Below, one piece after another: positions 17,310-27,025 of a DNA stretch of 61,613 bases. A model generated the notes under the pieces. The model worked only from the letters and a program-made list of their open reading frames with translations. It was not told the DNA's origin and ran no database searches. A program made the translations under genes and the position numbers. This DNA is from a virus (Duplodnaviria; Caudoviricetes): the IMG/VR virus record IMGVR_UViG_3300032305_001973, positions 1 through 61,613 of that record. One strand, written 5' to 3'. Within the stretch, counting starts at the first letter, position 1; the number at the start of each line of letters is the position of its first letter.

Positions 17310-17546
17310 CTAGGACGTGGGCGGTTCCCGGGGATCCTCGGGATCCCGCCGCCGCCGCCCATCCAGCTGGGCCAACAGAGTGCCTCCGGTGGTGGCCGCT
17401 GCCAAGGCCCCGGTGCCTGCAGCCTTCCAGATCTCAACGCACTCCCCGCCCTGCGACTGGCAGTAGATCGCCCCGCCAAACCCCCCGACAGCAGCAAGGC
17501 CGAGGCACAGGGCCACGGTGTTGATGATCACCTCCCGGCAGTTCAC
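17310..17546 (-). CDS. Holin-like membrane protein
   Basis: Two hydrophobic segments and a charged C-terminus; upstream of the lysin. Confidence 0.55.
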   Translation of the reverse strand: MNCREVIINTVALCLGLAAVGGFGGAIYCQSQGGECVEIWKAAGTGALAAATTGGTLLAQLDGRRRRDPEDPREPPTS

Positions 17547-17809
17547 TGGGCCTCCAGTCGCGTCACCCGTCGATCAATGCCGTTGAGCGCACCCTCCACT
17601 TTCTCAAGCCGCAGTTCCGCAGCAACCTGGCGGCCGAGGATGGCTTTCTGGTTCTCCAATACCAGATCAAGCTGACGCGGCACGGTGATGCCGATGTAGC
17701 CAATGCCAGCCACGGCCAGCAGGATTAGGCCCGCTGCCACCTGTTGCTCAACCTCGCGCCAGAAAGGTGCCTTGCCGGGGGTGCCTGGGGGCTGGTTGCC
17801 GCTGTCCAT
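17543..17809 (-). CDS. Membrane protein with coiled coil (lysis cassette)
   Basis: One TM helix followed by heptads (LEKVEGALNGIDRRVTRLE). Confidence 0.6.
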   Translation of the reverse strand: MDSGNQPPGTPGKAPFWREVEQQVAAGLILLAVAGIGYIGITVPRQLDLVLENQKAILGRQVAAELRLEKVEGALNGIDRRVTRLEAQ

Positions 17810-17905
17810 GGGGTATTGAGCTCTGCTTCAGTTTTCCCGATCCCGCAGCGCTGCTACAAAATCAGGTTGGCGGCTGATCCGGTGACACCAGTGAGCGGAG
17901 CTAGG

Positions 17906-18238
17906 TTATTGGATATCTTCCGTAATCTGGATCGGTATAAACCCATCATTCGGGAACGTACCAACATCACCATTGGGATAGGTAACGTCAAACTCTGCCT
18001 CATACAAGCCAGCGTTAATGGTGTCGGATGGCTGCCACTTGTATTCCACTGTTGGCGTGCCGGTTGCCGTCACCACTGCAGCCGCTGCGTCAATCACGGC
18101 ACCCCCACCTCGTGGCCGCCGCGCCCGCATTTGAAACCTCACGGTTGCGCCGGTCAGTACCACCGTTGCCGGAAGCAGCGCAAACTGGATCGAGGGAGAC
18201 GTATTGCCCCGCTTGATGAAGAATGTTTCGATCTTCAT
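17906..18238 (-). CDS. BppU N-terminal-like baseplate/tail domain protein
   Basis: FFIKRGNTSP...LTGATVRFQM...YKWQPSDT..AGLYEAEFDVTYPNG..TFPNDG. Confidence 0.7.
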   Translation of the reverse strand: MKIETFFIKRGNTSPSIQFALLPATVVLTGATVRFQMRARRPRGGGAVIDAAAAVVTATGTPTVEYKWQPSDTINAGLYEAEFDVTYPNGDVGTFPNDGFIPIQITEDIQ

Positions 18239-18624
18239 TGCGACCTCACGATAGCGACGTTTGTTTTTGTGGCCGAAAGGGTGCCGGACGTTTTTCTTGC
18301 GACGATTTTACCAGCACGAACCGTGCCCGTCAAAAGATAACTTGATGATTTTTCCCTTGGCAGAAGTGTCCCGCGACTGACACCACTCAGGGTTGCCCCG
18401 CCTACACCATTACTCAACAACAAGCCACTCTGCATGTTGCCGGACAGCAAGCGCCCAGAGATAACGGCATTTGACAACAGAACGCCACTGTGGGGGCCAG
18501 TCAGCAGTACGCCGCTGTTCGGTGGATCGCCCGGTCGCGCCCCCGTCGCATCGGTAACGGCCTCTTGCCAGAAGCCGACAGCCCAGAACCCTAGCTGCCA
18601 AAAATCGCGAGACCAGAAACTCAT
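18235..18624 (-). CDS. Hypothetical tail-region protein
   Basis: Coupled ORF with repeated SGxLL motifs. Confidence 0.55.
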   Translation of the reverse strand: MSFWSRDFWQLGFWAVGFWQEAVTDATGARPGDPPNSGVLLTGPHSGVLLSNAVISGRLLSGNMQSGLLLSNGVGGATLSGVSRGTLLPREKSSSYLLTGTVRAGKIVARKTSGTLSATKTNVAIVRSQ

Positions 18625-19142
18625 GGGACGGGCCTCATGCTGTCACCGGCAACGCCTGTCCCGGTGATCTCAACGCCGTTGACGCGCTGAACATCCGCGT
18701 GGATTGGCGTAGCCTGCGCTGCCGCCAACATTGCTGCCGCATTCTCTGCCGCAGTTGGCACGCTACCGCCCTCTGTGACCACGGTAGAAGCAGCGGACTG
18801 GATCAGGAGGGTTTGGACTCCGGCGGAGTAGGCAATGGGGTCACCGCCTGGTCCGCCGACGAGATTTCCGCCTGCGACTCGGGCGATGTAGTTTCCGGTA
18901 GGGAACCGAAGTTGCCACATCCCCAGTAAATTGACGGTGATACCTTCTTGCACGCCGGGGCCAAGGACGGTAAGTCCTGATCCTTTGGCGATTCGGTCAT
19001 AGATGATTCCTGGTTCACTTGCCTGGGCTAGTTTGATTGCACTATAAAGCGTGATGCACTCAATGTCATTCGCGCCCGCGTCCACGCTGATGAGTGATGC
19101 TTGAAAGTCAAACGTGAACGGCGCAAGGTAGTAAAGCATCAC
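18621..19142 (-). CDS. Virion structural protein (tail fibre region)
   Basis: Coupled ORF, Gly/Ala/Thr-rich. Confidence 0.65.
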   Translation of the reverse strand: MMLYYLAPFTFDFQASLISVDAGANDIECITLYSAIKLAQASEPGIIYDRIAKGSGLTVLGPGVQEGITVNLLGMWQLRFPTGNYIARVAGGNLVGGPGGDPIAYSAGVQTLLIQSAASTVVTEGGSVPTAAENAAAMLAAAQATPIHADVQRVNGVEITGTGVAGDSMRPVP

Positions 19143-20581
19143 ACATCACTGTTGCGACTTGCGTTGACCGATCCACCAGCATTAGTGATAGAAAGCGTGG
19201 TAGAGAAAGGCACGATAGGCGCCCCGCCGCTGCCGTTTCGCACGTCAACTCGCGTGTTGAAGTTGCTAGAAAAAATGAAGCTGACGCTTTCCGTCGTGCC
19301 CGCTGCCTGCCGATCAATGTAGGGCACGAACACATCATCCGCCGTCACAATGGCGCTAGCCAGGACAGGGGAAAGGCCGCTGAAAGTCTTAGTGCTCGCA
19401 TTGAAGGAGGAAAAGGTGTAGCGCAAGCCTTTGATGCGGATGACACCAGCCGAAGGTGTGTCCGTCTTGATACTTTCCACCACAGTTAGGGCCGTGGCGC
19501 CGGATAGTGCCGCGACAGGTGTGTATTCATCCCGCAGCAGTCCGCCCGACCCGTTATCACGCGCCACCAAAACGCGGTCGCCCGAAACCAGATTGCCAAT
19601 GGTGATCCCGACAAGGGTTGGCGGAACCTGCGCGGTGCCGTCATGCGCAATCAACTGATACCGAGTGCTTTCAGCCGGCAGGACACCGGTAATGAACCAG
19701 CCCTGCGCTACGAAAAACGTGCCGCCCGCGAAGGTGCCAAAGGGGGCCGAGGGAATCTCAGTGTAGGCCGCATTCAGTACCCGGTAGCGCCAGCCCGGAA
19801 TGCCGTTGACGGTCGCGGCACTATTTTCGCGTGCGAGGTACTGCAGGTACTGGTAGGCCTCCTGCAGGGTGCAGGAGTTGGAAAGGGTGATGGTTCCCTT
19901 GTATAACTTGCCACCATTTCCGTTGCCCAAATCTTGTGTGGTGTCGCCAAAGGCTGTCGTTACCTTTTCTGAAAGAAGCGCCGCCTGCGCCTCAGTCAAC
20001 AGGATATTGCCGTCAAGCGCGGTCGAAAGCGCCGCGTTACTTTCGCCACCAGCGGATAGCCCCACATCAAAATGCGAATAAGTCTGCCCCCATTTCCGAC
20101 TGAAGGCCGTTACGTTGCCGCTATCAATGAAAGCGTTTGCGGTTTTGACTTTCACCAGGATCTGGACATGGCCATCTGCCCAAAACTTTGTAAGTTTAGA
20201 CCCCGACTGCACTACATAGATTGGGCTTCCGGCCACAATGCCGCCGATCGTCTTAAGGCCCGAATACTGGACTGAAGCGCCGGCCTGCTTGATTGATCCG
20301 AATTTAATGAACTGTGCCGCAGTGTCGTCCAGATTGAACGCTACCGACCCATCTGTTAGCAAGTTGAGGCGCGAGGCGACCGCTGCATCCCGAGGGCCAT
20401 CGAGCTTGCTCGGGTTTGGCGCCAGGATGTCCAGTAGGTCATTGCCGGCCGCTGCTGCGTCGTCGGCCAGATCCTGCAGCCAGGCGTGAAGCGCCCCAAC
20501 CGAGTAGACCTCAGTCGTAGCCCCGGACTGCCGCCGGATGTCGCCGGTCGAGCTGATTTGGAAGTCTGTTCCTATTGGCAT
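19139..20581 (-). CDS. Virion structural protein (tail fibre/baseplate region)
   Basis: Start MPIGTDFQISS; 480 aa with beta-rich composition. Confidence 0.7.
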   Translation of the reverse strand: MPIGTDFQISSTGDIRRQSGATTEVYSVGALHAWLQDLADDAAAAGNDLLDILAPNPSKLDGPRDAAVASRLNLLTDGSVAFNLDDTAAQFIKFGSIKQAGASVQYSGLKTIGGIVAGSPIYVVQSGSKLTKFWADGHVQILVKVKTANAFIDSGNVTAFSRKWGQTYSHFDVGLSAGGESNAALSTALDGNILLTEAQAALLSEKVTTAFGDTTQDLGNGNGGKLYKGTITLSNSCTLQEAYQYLQYLARENSAATVNGIPGWRYRVLNAAYTEIPSAPFGTFAGGTFFVAQGWFITGVLPAESTRYQLIAHDGTAQVPPTLVGITIGNLVSGDRVLVARDNGSGGLLRDEYTPVAALSGATALTVVESIKTDTPSAGVIRIKGLRYTFSSFNASTKTFSGLSPVLASAIVTADDVFVPYIDRQAAGTTESVSFIFSSNFNTRVDVRNGSGGAPIVPFSTTLSITNAGGSVNASRNSDV

Positions 20582-20600
20582 GGTGAAACTCAGATTGTGA

Positions 20601-23600
20601 TTAGTCGGCCTCTTGCAGGGCAACGACGTTGGTCGGAGCCGCGGAGGAGATGGTGGCCTGGGTAAGCCACGGGCGGTAGGGAGTGCCACCGCTCGCGTTT
20701 CTTACCTCAATGCGGACTTCGCCCGAATACTGGAAATCAAAGCCCAGCGTCAAGCCCGCACCGCAGTTGGCCTGTTGAAGCAAGCCCCCCGTGTCCATTC
20801 GGGTGACCTTCACCCTCGATTGGGGGATCAGGTTGCTGATGTTCACCAGTGCGCCCGGCAAGGGGTGAGGTGTCCGCTGCGCCGTGGCATCGGTTTGAAT
20901 GCCAATGGAAAGCGCCTGAAGCGAGGTTGTGGCCGCTGCTGCTGTGGCGCGAGTGCGAACCTGGAGCGAATAGCCATTGGCTGCGCTGACGGCCACGTTG
21001 ACCGGCGAGAAGGTCACAAACTCGCTGGCGGCAAGGCTGCTTGTAAAGTTGGCCGAGCAGGTAATCACGTTGCCCACGACGTTGGTGACAGTCGTGTTGG
21101 CGGGCAGTCTGAAAGAACTTGTCTGCACGAAATCCCCAGTTTGGGGCTGCCTCGTGAGCGCGGTTCGATCTGTGGCATTGACCGTGACCGTATTTGTTCC
21201 GCTTGCCCCGCCGGATGCTTGGCGCACGGTATTCGCAAGAAAAACCCAGGAACCGCCGAAGCCCGGCCCTGTGTCAATTTTGTATTCAAAGATCAGGTTT
21301 TGGCAGTTTACTCCAAGCACCGCGCAACCGCCCGCAAGCGCGGTGTGTCCGTAGATTTTCCAGGGCGTTGTCCAAATTATCTCATCAGTCAAGCTTGAGA
21401 TAACTGCCGATCCCGTACCAATGAACCCAGAGCCCAACCCAAACGTCGCGCTGCACTGCGCTGCGCTCTGTACTGTTGGTTCGAAGCATGAGATTGTGAT
21501 AACGCCTGTCGTGTTTGATGTGTAGGCATCATCCCAATGCGTGCCGGTGATCGCATTGGTCCCCGTGGTTCGGCCGTCTGTCCAGTGGCACCCGCGCGCA
21601 AAAGCATCCTGCATGGTAAGCAGCTGCGCTAATGGCGCGCCAGCAATTCCAATTCCCCAAACGTCATACAGCTTAACGTCAAGCGCCAAGAAGTTTGCTT
21701 GAATCGCAGTCGTGCGGAGATTTGTGAAATAAACCCGGCGAGCCTCAATGCTTTTTCCACCACTATTACTAACGGTCAGGATGCGACCAAGCTCATTCGC
21801 TGTCCCGCCGTTAATTGGTGAAGTGGGAGTGCCCATATTCTTCATCGTCAGGTTCGTGAAGAATCCAGCGAGGTTCACCACATCATCTCGGGGATGCACA
21901 TTCGTTAGGCCGGGCAAAAGCGCAAACCCATCAATAACGATGTCGCGCCCCTGCACGCTTATTGCACTTGAAGCTAGTGCAGGGGTGCTGCCCGTCATCA
22001 CATCGCAATAGGTAAAGTTCTTGATGGAAAAGTCCGAGACGTTAAACGATGACCCTCCATGAATGACCGTGCAATCGGTAAACTCTCCACCAGTTGCGGT
22101 GATGTTTACTATGTTGCTTAAGCCACCTGTTCTATTTGACCTTCCCGTGAGTGCCGTAATCCTTTCAAAGCGGGTTCTTTTAAACCGAACGTCTGAAGCA
22201 GCAGACACAGCGACCAAGCCGCTGCCAACAGTTCGCCTGACGATTCGGCAGTCTTCCAAAACTATGTTACTAGAATTGGAAGCTACTAGCGCATTGCCTG
22301 TGGACCACCACGGGTTGCCATAGGCAACATTAAGAAACTTTGCATTGAATGATTGCACGTTGGACACTGACATAAAAAGAGTTGAATCAGTCAGCAAAAA
22401 CGTAGTCATACCAAAGCTAAAACTCCACCCGAAGCATAGGTGTGAAGCGGTAAATAGGCAGTTCCTAATCCCCAAAATGGGCCGGTCACGCGTGAGGATG
22501 TATTGGGCTGAATAGTCTCCCGCCGTTGAAACTCCCATAATGATGTTTGGGATGCGTATTCTGCACCCGGCTGGTGGCTTGTGGCCTGCGGGGTTTGTCC
22601 CGCGCCGGGCCAGTTGCATTGTGCCCGCGAATGGGTCCGAGTAATACCACTTTCCCCGCGCCTCATCGGTAGGAATGAAAGCAAAGCTTGCTTGCCGAAC
22701 CGCGCTAATCCCTAAGAGCCCACCTTGCGCGACGTTTCCGGTGTAGGTTGGAAGACCCGCTGAGTAGGTAGGTGTCGCGGAGTCAGACCAGCCAATGGCG
22801 CTGGTTAAAGTGCCCGCTATATAGCTTATGGTCACTTCGACCAGATGCCACCCACCACCAAGCGCAGTGATTGAGGAAGATGTCCCGGTTGGACTGCCAA
22901 CTGTCGGGTTAGCGATAATCGTTCCGGCAGCGAGGTCCACGAGTGCCCCGTATCGGTCGGCGCCGCTGCTGATCTGGACTACGCACCATTGGCGCGAATC
23001 CTGCTTGAGAATCGCAAAATGGGTGTAGCTCCCGAAGTCCATTTCAGTCGCTAGAAACGACCTACCTGCAAGGCTATGGGTGCCCGCCGCTGTCGTCTCC
23101 CGGTAACGATCCGCCGCAGGATAGCTTGCTGGTCCCGGCACCGCATTTGCCGTCGCGCTCAAGTTTGTTGGCGTGAACAAGTCGGTGTTTATGTAGTAGC
23201 CGTTCCAGCTATCGCCGCCGTTCATCCACCATTCATAGACGCCGCTGCCCGGCGCTGTCTCAAACTGCGCTGCCGGAAATTCGTCCCGCACTGGCATTTG
23301 CAGGGTTTGGTTGTCTGAGCCGTCAGTCAACCCGACCTCATACCAATCGCCAGCGATTGACACGTTTGCAAGGCGCGGCAGGTTATGAGTTACAGCGCGA
23401 CTGACAAGATGAATCCAGCTTCGCTTGCCCGCATTGGTCGCAACAATCGTCGCGCCACCCGGCAGAGTGATGGTTTCGCCAGCTTGGAAATTTCCAGTCC
23501 TTGACCGCAGCTTAATGTAGCCCGCCGATGGCATCGCGCCGCCTGCCGTGGCAGGGCTAAATGATCCCGCTGCCCATACGCGCGTCAATTCGCCCGTCGC

Positions 23601-23891
23601 CCCGCTGATGCCGCCTGTGACCGGATTGGACCCGAGCGCGGCCTGTGTCGGGACAAGACCCACGGCCATAGAAAACGGCACTTCCCAAATCTGAGTACCA
23701 TCAATAATGAAGGCACCGCCGAGCGTGGCGGAAACATCAATGGCGCCAAACACCGCCGCCTGTTGGTTCCAGCGCACATCCGAATTGAACGTGAGCGAGC
23801 CGCCAAGGACCGTGACGTTCTCACCATCAAGCAGCCCGCTGATGGCGGCGGAGTCGTAGTTGACTGCGGTAGTGATGGTCTGGTTTGCCAA
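20601..23891 (-). CDS. Large tail fibre/tailspike-like protein with probable beta-helix region
   Basis: 1096 aa, Thr/Ser/Gly/Asn-rich, with repeating short beta-strand patterns in the centre. Confidence 0.7.
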   Translation of the reverse strand: MANQTITTAVNYDSAAISGLLDGENVTVLGGSLTFNSDVRWNQQAAVFGAIDVSATLGGAFIIDGTQIWEVPFSMAVGLVPTQAALGSNPVTGGISGATGELTRVWAAGSFSPATAGGAMPSAGYIKLRSRTGNFQAGETITLPGGATIVATNAGKRSWIHLVSRAVTHNLPRLANVSIAGDWYEVGLTDGSDNQTLQMPVRDEFPAAQFETAPGSGVYEWWMNGGDSWNGYYINTDLFTPTNLSATANAVPGPASYPAADRYRETTAAGTHSLAGRSFLATEMDFGSYTHFAILKQDSRQWCVVQISSGADRYGALVDLAAGTIIANPTVGSPTGTSSSITALGGGWHLVEVTISYIAGTLTSAIGWSDSATPTYSAGLPTYTGNVAQGGLLGISAVRQASFAFIPTDEARGKWYYSDPFAGTMQLARRGTNPAGHKPPAGCRIRIPNIIMGVSTAGDYSAQYILTRDRPILGIRNCLFTASHLCFGWSFSFGMTTFLLTDSTLFMSVSNVQSFNAKFLNVAYGNPWWSTGNALVASNSSNIVLEDCRIVRRTVGSGLVAVSAASDVRFKRTRFERITALTGRSNRTGGLSNIVNITATGGEFTDCTVIHGGSSFNVSDFSIKNFTYCDVMTGSTPALASSAISVQGRDIVIDGFALLPGLTNVHPRDDVVNLAGFFTNLTMKNMGTPTSPINGGTANELGRILTVSNSGGKSIEARRVYFTNLRTTAIQANFLALDVKLYDVWGIGIAGAPLAQLLTMQDAFARGCHWTDGRTTGTNAITGTHWDDAYTSNTTGVITISCFEPTVQSAAQCSATFGLGSGFIGTGSAVISSLTDEIIWTTPWKIYGHTALAGGCAVLGVNCQNLIFEYKIDTGPGFGGSWVFLANTVRQASGGASGTNTVTVNATDRTALTRQPQTGDFVQTSSFRLPANTTVTNVVGNVITCSANFTSSLAASEFVTFSPVNVAVSAANGYSLQVRTRATAAAATTSLQALSIGIQTDATAQRTPHPLPGALVNISNLIPQSRVKVTRMDTGGLLQQANCGAGLTLGFDFQYSGEVRIEVRNASGGTPYRPWLTQATISSAAPTNVVALQEAD

Positions 23892-23927
23892 GGCGTTTCC
23901 CTGTTGGTGCCCGCGTTGATCACTGCC

Positions 23928-24146
23928 TCAGCTTTCCGCCCATGCCTCATTTTCAGCGGTGGACGGGTCGTCAGCCGCGAACCGCCCGCCCGCTACCCGC
24001 GCTCTCCTGCGCCTTGGGGTGGGGCACGCCACCGCTTCTTCGATGGCCTGCTCTGCAGTCTCCCGAACGGGCTCCTGGGGCTCGGGCTCAGCCGCTACCT
24101 GCTGCGATTGCTCCAGGTTCATGCCGTAGCCGATTGGGAAGTTCAT
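23928..24146 (-). CDS. Small protein downstream of the capsid genes
   Basis: 72 aa ending RRRARVAGGRFAADDPSTAENEAW. Confidence 0.6.
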   Translation of the reverse strand: MNFPIGYGMNLEQSQQVAAEPEPQEPVRETAEQAIEEAVACPTPRRRRARVAGGRFAADDPSTAENEAWAES

Positions 24147-24206
24147 GGGCCTCCATAGTGAAAAAGGCCCCGAAGGGCCCTAGGTGAACACAAACCGCCT
24201 AGCGGC

Positions 24207-24896
24207 TCACTGCGCAGGAACCAAAGCCACCGTGTTGGTGCCAACCGGGGCAGCGGCGCCGTTGGTCACGGTCCCAGTCGCGGAGGCGCTGGTGATGTTG
24301 CTCTGGATCGAGGCGTAGCTAAAGGTGGTGGAGGTTACCGCCGTGATGGCGAAGGTGCCGTTCACCAGCGGGTTAGAGCAACCCACCGTGACAACCTCAC
24401 CAACCAGCATGGTGTGAGCAGCCGACAGGGTGATGGTCGCCACGTTGGTAGTGAGCGCCACGTTGCTGATGGCCAGGTTGCCGGTGCCAGGGCGAACCCG
24501 AACCGCAGCTACTCGCACATCACCGGTCACCGAACCGGCAGCCTTGACGGCATCACGGATCTGTTTGCCGCCGACAACCACCTCGTTGGGGTTGGATTGC
24601 CCAGTCCCAATTGTGATAACGCCGATGTTGGCGTAGACCGAAGCGGAGCTAAGGGCGGCACCCTCAGCAACGTGAGCAGCTTGCAGCACGTAGCCGCCAG
24701 CGGAGTTACTAGACTGGCCATAGGCGACTAGCTTCCAATCGTTCTGGGCTGCCAGGTTGGTAGTAAGCAACCGAGCGGCACCGGTACGAGTTTCTGCAAC
24801 TCGGCCACGGGCACCGGCCTTGACTTCGCCGACCATTACGGTCATTGCATCCAGTAGATAGCCCCTTCGGGGGGCCAGTCCAGTTGCGCGTGCCAT
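24207..24896 (-). CDS. Capsid decoration/cement-like protein with an inserted beta module
   Basis: Directly follows the capsid gene; contains ISNVALTTNVATITLSAAH...NGTFAITAVT. Confidence 0.65.
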   Translation of the reverse strand: MARATGLAPRRGYLLDAMTVMVGEVKAGARGRVAETRTGAARLLTTNLAAQNDWKLVAYGQSSNSAGGYVLQAAHVAEGAALSSASVYANIGVITIGTGQSNPNEVVVGGKQIRDAVKAAGSVTGDVRVAAVRVRPGTGNLAISNVALTTNVATITLSAAHTMLVGEVVTVGCSNPLVNGTFAITAVTSTTFSYASIQSNITSASATGTVTNGAAAPVGTNTVALVPAQ

Positions 24897-24946
24897 GAAT
24901 CAAAACCTCAGGAAATTAGGGAATGGATGGATCAATAGAGCAATGA

Positions 24947-25861
24947 TCAGGCGGTCATTGCGGCATTGGTGATGCCGTATGCGCGGGCAGCAGATCTGCC
25001 GTTCAAGATTGCAAGGCCAGCCCCCCATTCAATCCGGGTGCGATCAACTGGAGCATCCTGGACGTGGCCAAATGCCGTTACGTCAACCCCGTATCCACCA
25101 GCCGAATCAGGGCCTTGGATGCCCGTGACTTGTTGATCGCCATAGGCGACGCAATAAACGCTCGTGGTACTACCGGCTTCAGTGAAGCCTTGAATGGGGA
25201 CGTTCTGGGCGTTGGTGTCAGTAACGACAATCGGCGTCTCACCATAAGTAGTGATCAGTTTGCCAAACTGATCGCGGGTGGTAGTCAGGAACCCGCCAAT
25301 AGTGGTGCTGCGACTAGCGGCGGTAAGAAGCCGGCGCATCGCTTTACCCATGTGGACAACCTTGTTGTCGCCGTCTACGGAGTCAATCAACTCATCCAGT
25401 TTTGACAGCGAAAACGCACCACTGGAATTGAAAGCTTGGGAGCTTTCTGTTCCGATTCGCTTCTTTAGACCGTCAAAGGAGCGGGGATCGGTAGACTCGT
25501 CTCCGTTGAACCAGTAATCTTCAAACGTAAGCCGCATAGAGCGCAGCTTGGCTTCAATTTGTTGGGCCTTTACCTGCGGTCCCTTGTTCTTGATGAGGTG
25601 CATGTCCACATCAATATCGCCGCCAAACGGCTTGAGCCGTTCGTAATCGGGGTTCATGACCCCGTAAGTGACATCAAAGCCTTCGTTTACGCCACGAAAG
25701 CCAACCGCAGGCAGCTCGGCCTCAGTCATGTAATCAATGCCGCCTTGCACATCAAGGAAAGGCACGATGCGGATCACTTGACTCTCGGCGAGAGCGCGAA
25801 TTACGACCACCCGTTGCTGATTGGTATCAGTCTTGGCGGCCTCCAGAAGTGTTAGTCCCAT
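24947..25861 (-). CDS. Major capsid protein (HK97-fold)
   Basis: MGLTLLEAAK...LPAVGFRGVNEG...GGDIDVD...FNGD...FDGLKKR...LDELID; follows the scaffold gene. Confidence 0.85.
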   Translation of the reverse strand: MGLTLLEAAKTDTNQQRVVVIRALAESQVIRIVPFLDVQGGIDYMTEAELPAVGFRGVNEGFDVTYGVMNPDYERLKPFGGDIDVDMHLIKNKGPQVKAQQIEAKLRSMRLTFEDYWFNGDESTDPRSFDGLKKRIGTESSQAFNSSGAFSLSKLDELIDSVDGDNKVVHMGKAMRRLLTAASRSTTIGGFLTTTRDQFGKLITTYGETPIVVTDTNAQNVPIQGFTEAGSTTSVYCVAYGDQQVTGIQGPDSAGGYGVDVTAFGHVQDAPVDRTRIEWGAGLAILNGRSAARAYGITNAAMTA

Positions 25862-26023
25862 TGGGGGAAATTCAGGTGAAGGTCAAAGGGGTGGCATCAC
25901 GCCAAAGAGTCACCGCAGGGCATCACGCCAAGCTGTTTTTGGTTGGGACCAACCAAGGCATCACGCCATCGGTTGGTCCCTGTTGCTCGATCTTTCCCTG
26001 ACCCCTAAGCCGCTAACAGCCGA

Positions 26024-26839
26024 TCAACTGAAAACGTCCGCAATAGCGGTGCTAAGGGGCACGGCCATTAGATCCTTGCTGTTGGAAACGCGACCATCAC
26101 GGCTGCTACGTGCCCCGCCGCCGGTTCCCATGGCGGGTTCAAAGTTGCGCCCCCACACAGGATCGGATTGCAGCCGCCGGAGCCACTTGACGGGTTCAAA
26201 GCGCTTGCCGGTTTCCGGGTCGATCTCTGGGCTGCCGTTGGCATCAACGACCACAAGTGCGCCGTCTTCATTGCGAAACTGAGGGCCAAAGCGACTCCAG
26301 ACCGAATCAAAGGGGGTGCTGCCGTCGATTTCGGATACCTCGGTGGATCCTTTGGCGCCGATGAATGCCTTCTCGGCTAGCTGCCGTACCAGCTCTCGCT
26401 GGCGGGCCTCCCGCTCGGCCTGAAGGGCAGTGGTCGATGCTTCCAACTGCTGCGAATACTTGGCCTCGATCTGCTGTCGCTCCAGGGCCGCCTGCTGCTC
26501 GATCAGCTCCCGTCGTGCTTGCTCCTGCTGAGCCTTGGCCTGTGCCTCGCGTACCGCCTCAGGGTTGGTGGTGGTCAGCTCCCGCAGTTGGGCTTCCAGG
26601 GCTCCGAGGCGGCGGTCCTTCTCGCGGTTGGCAGTGCGTTCACGGTCGAGGGTGTGGCGCAGCCGGGTTACGTCATCACCGTCCCCCTCGCTATCTCCAG
26701 TGCCAGCAGCAGGGTCAGCAGCACCTTGGCCTGCACTGGCCCCAGTGTTTGCGCCACCGCCTGCACCAGCACCGCCGCCGCCCTCGCTGCCACCCTCAGG
26801 GCTCTGGAGGGTGAAGTGTTCAAACCATCGCTTGTTCAT
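26024..26839 (-). CDS. Capsid scaffolding protein
   Basis: Gly-rich N-terminus, long coiled coil and GTGGGA tail; upstream of the capsid gene. Confidence 0.75.
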   Translation of the reverse strand: MNKRWFEHFTLQSPEGGSEGGGGAGAGGGANTGASAGQGAADPAAGTGDSEGDGDDVTRLRHTLDRERTANREKDRRLGALEAQLRELTTTNPEAVREAQAKAQQEQARRELIEQQAALERQQIEAKYSQQLEASTTALQAEREARQRELVRQLAEKAFIGAKGSTEVSEIDGSTPFDSVWSRFGPQFRNEDGALVVVDANGSPEIDPETGKRFEPVKWLRRLQSDPVWGRNFEPAMGTGGGARSSRDGRVSNSKDLMAVPLSTAIADVFS

Positions 26840-26887
26840 GTGGTCGGGGCATCACGCCCGCGAGCAACTACAGCGCAGCTTTCCGGC

Positions 26888-27025
26888 TTAGTGTTTACCC
26901 CGTGGCTTAGGTCGTTGGCGTCGCTCCTGCTCGCGTTCGGCAGCGGCCATGCGGTTTGCAAGCTGCCGGGTTTGCACCGTCTCTAGGAGGGTTTCGATGG
27001 AGTCAGGTTGTGGGGTGATGGTCAT
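26888..27025 (-). CDS. 45-aa hypothetical protein
   Basis: My translation is MTITPQPDSIETLLETVQTRQLANRMAAAEREQERRQRPKPRGKH*; ATGA-coupled. Confidence 0.5.
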   Translation of the reverse strand: MTITPQPDSIETLLETVQTRQLANRMAAAEREQERRQRPKPRGKH

